A stretch of 63,346 bases of DNA, counting the filler, from Octopus bimaculoides (taxonomy: Eukaryota): assembly GCF_001194135.2 (NCBI RefSeq). It is 6 parts of 6 records of this genome, joined end to end, with 100 filler letters (N's around TTAATTAATTAA, not from the genome) between each part and the next. Parts side by side here need not be neighbours in the genome. Positions count along the whole stretch, not along the records: positions 58,267 to 63,346 come from NC_069008.1; 5 more parts are not named here. One strand, written 5' to 3'. The number at the start of each line of letters is the position of its first letter. Position 1 is the stretch's first letter. The notes beneath the pieces were generated by a model. That model did no database searches. It was not told the DNA's origin and worked only from the letters and a program-made list of their open reading frames with translations. The position numbers were made by a program, and so were the translations under genes. This document shows positions 62,291 through 63,346 of the stretch, piece after piece.

Positions 62291-62414
62291 CAAATTCATA
62301 CACATGTATTTATGACTTTAGAAGGTGGAAGTTAAATACACACCGTGTGTGTGTGAGTGTGTGTGTGCGCGCGCTCGTATATATTATATGCATATATTAT
62401 AATATATATATATG

Positions 62415-62462
<48 letters not shown>

Positions 62463-62469
62463 GAGAGAG

Positions 62470-63060
62470 GGGTAGGTGTAGCTGTGTGGTAAGAAGCTTG
62501 CTTCCCAACCACATGGTTCCGGGTTCAGTCCCACTGCGTAGCACCTTGGACAAGTGTCTTCTACCAAAGCCTTGTGAGTGAATTTGGTAGACGGAAACTG
62601 AAAGAAGCCTGTCATATATATATATGTGTGTGTGTATGTGTATTTGCTGAAGGATTAAAATCAATGAAAGGACATGCAAGGTATGTCTACCTGCTAGAAA
62701 TAACAGTCAAAACTCTTATTAGTGTATTTTGGCGATTTAAATAAGAGTTTTGACTGTTATTTCTAGCAGGTAGACATACCTTGTATGTCCTTTGATTAAT
62801 TAATTTATATATATAAATCAATGGCGTCTGGTGGTTGTTGTCATTGTATGTCTGTGTTTGTTCTCCCACAGTCGCTCGGCAACCGGTATCGGTGAGTTGA
62901 CGTCCCCGTAACTTAGCCGTTCGACAAAAGAGACCGATAGAATAGGTCCTGGTTTTTAAAACGAAGTCCTGGTATCGACTTGTTTGACTAAAAACCCTCC
63001 ATGGAGGAGCTGCAGCATGGGCGCAGTCAAATGACTGAAACAAATAAATGAATAAAAATA
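62470..63060 (+). mobile_element. SINE family A halves (62470-62613 and ~62840-63060) separated by a long hairpin
   Basis: Head and 3' half are both recognisable, with the 54-bp inverted repeat between them. Confidence 0.7.
62667..62793. repeat. 54-bp inverted repeat (53/54 matched) with 19-nt loop
   Basis: Arms 62667-62720 and 62740-62793. The single mismatch is a G.U pair in + strand RNA. Confidence 0.95.
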
Positions 63061-63301
63061 CATACATATATATACATATATACATACGTATGTATAATTG
63101 TGCATTTGTGTATGGATATACATCTAGAGAGACATGCGTACATATATACAGACATACATACAGACAGACATGCATTCATACTGGCAGACAGACAGACAGA
63201 CGGACACAATGTACGTTATATGTTTATATATGTGTATACACGCAAGCACACATTTATACATACATTCGTATATATATGTGTGTGTGTGTTTGTGCACGCG
63301 C

Positions 63302-63346
<45 letters not shown>

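Overview
Repeat-rich, gap-rich (about one fifth N) eukaryotic draft scaffold. It is most likely a coleoid cephalopod (Octopus-like), inferred from the dense tRNA-derived SINE families, extreme microsatellite load and mollusc-type RTE/Tx1/Penelope relics; this was not confirmed by any search. The only confident host coding sequence is two 3' exons of an organic anion transporting polypeptide (OATP/SLCO) on + (32212-32366 and 34507-34757). Their phases require a short internal exon that is not visible and probably lies in the N gap. There are three intact tRNA genes (Thr-TGT, Cys-GCA, Ser-GCT) and one decayed tRNA-Gln-CTG. Most other sequence is mobile DNA: RTE LINEs (one with a PHD finger inserted in the RT, one with C-terminal C2H2 fingers), Tx1/L1, CR1, R4/Dong-type 3' ends in (TAA)n, a Penelope-like GIY-YIG element, mariner and hAT derivatives, and four SINE families (labelled A-D here). 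The most interesting signal is small ribozyme-like RNA. Four hammerhead-like motifs lie within 1.4 kb (37759-39131), one inside a ~325-bp direct-repeat unit resembling a non-LTR retrozyme, and there is an HDV-like candidate at 28552-28645. Almost all ORFs in the supplied track are microsatellite or N-gap artefacts. Boundaries of degenerate repeats are approximate.
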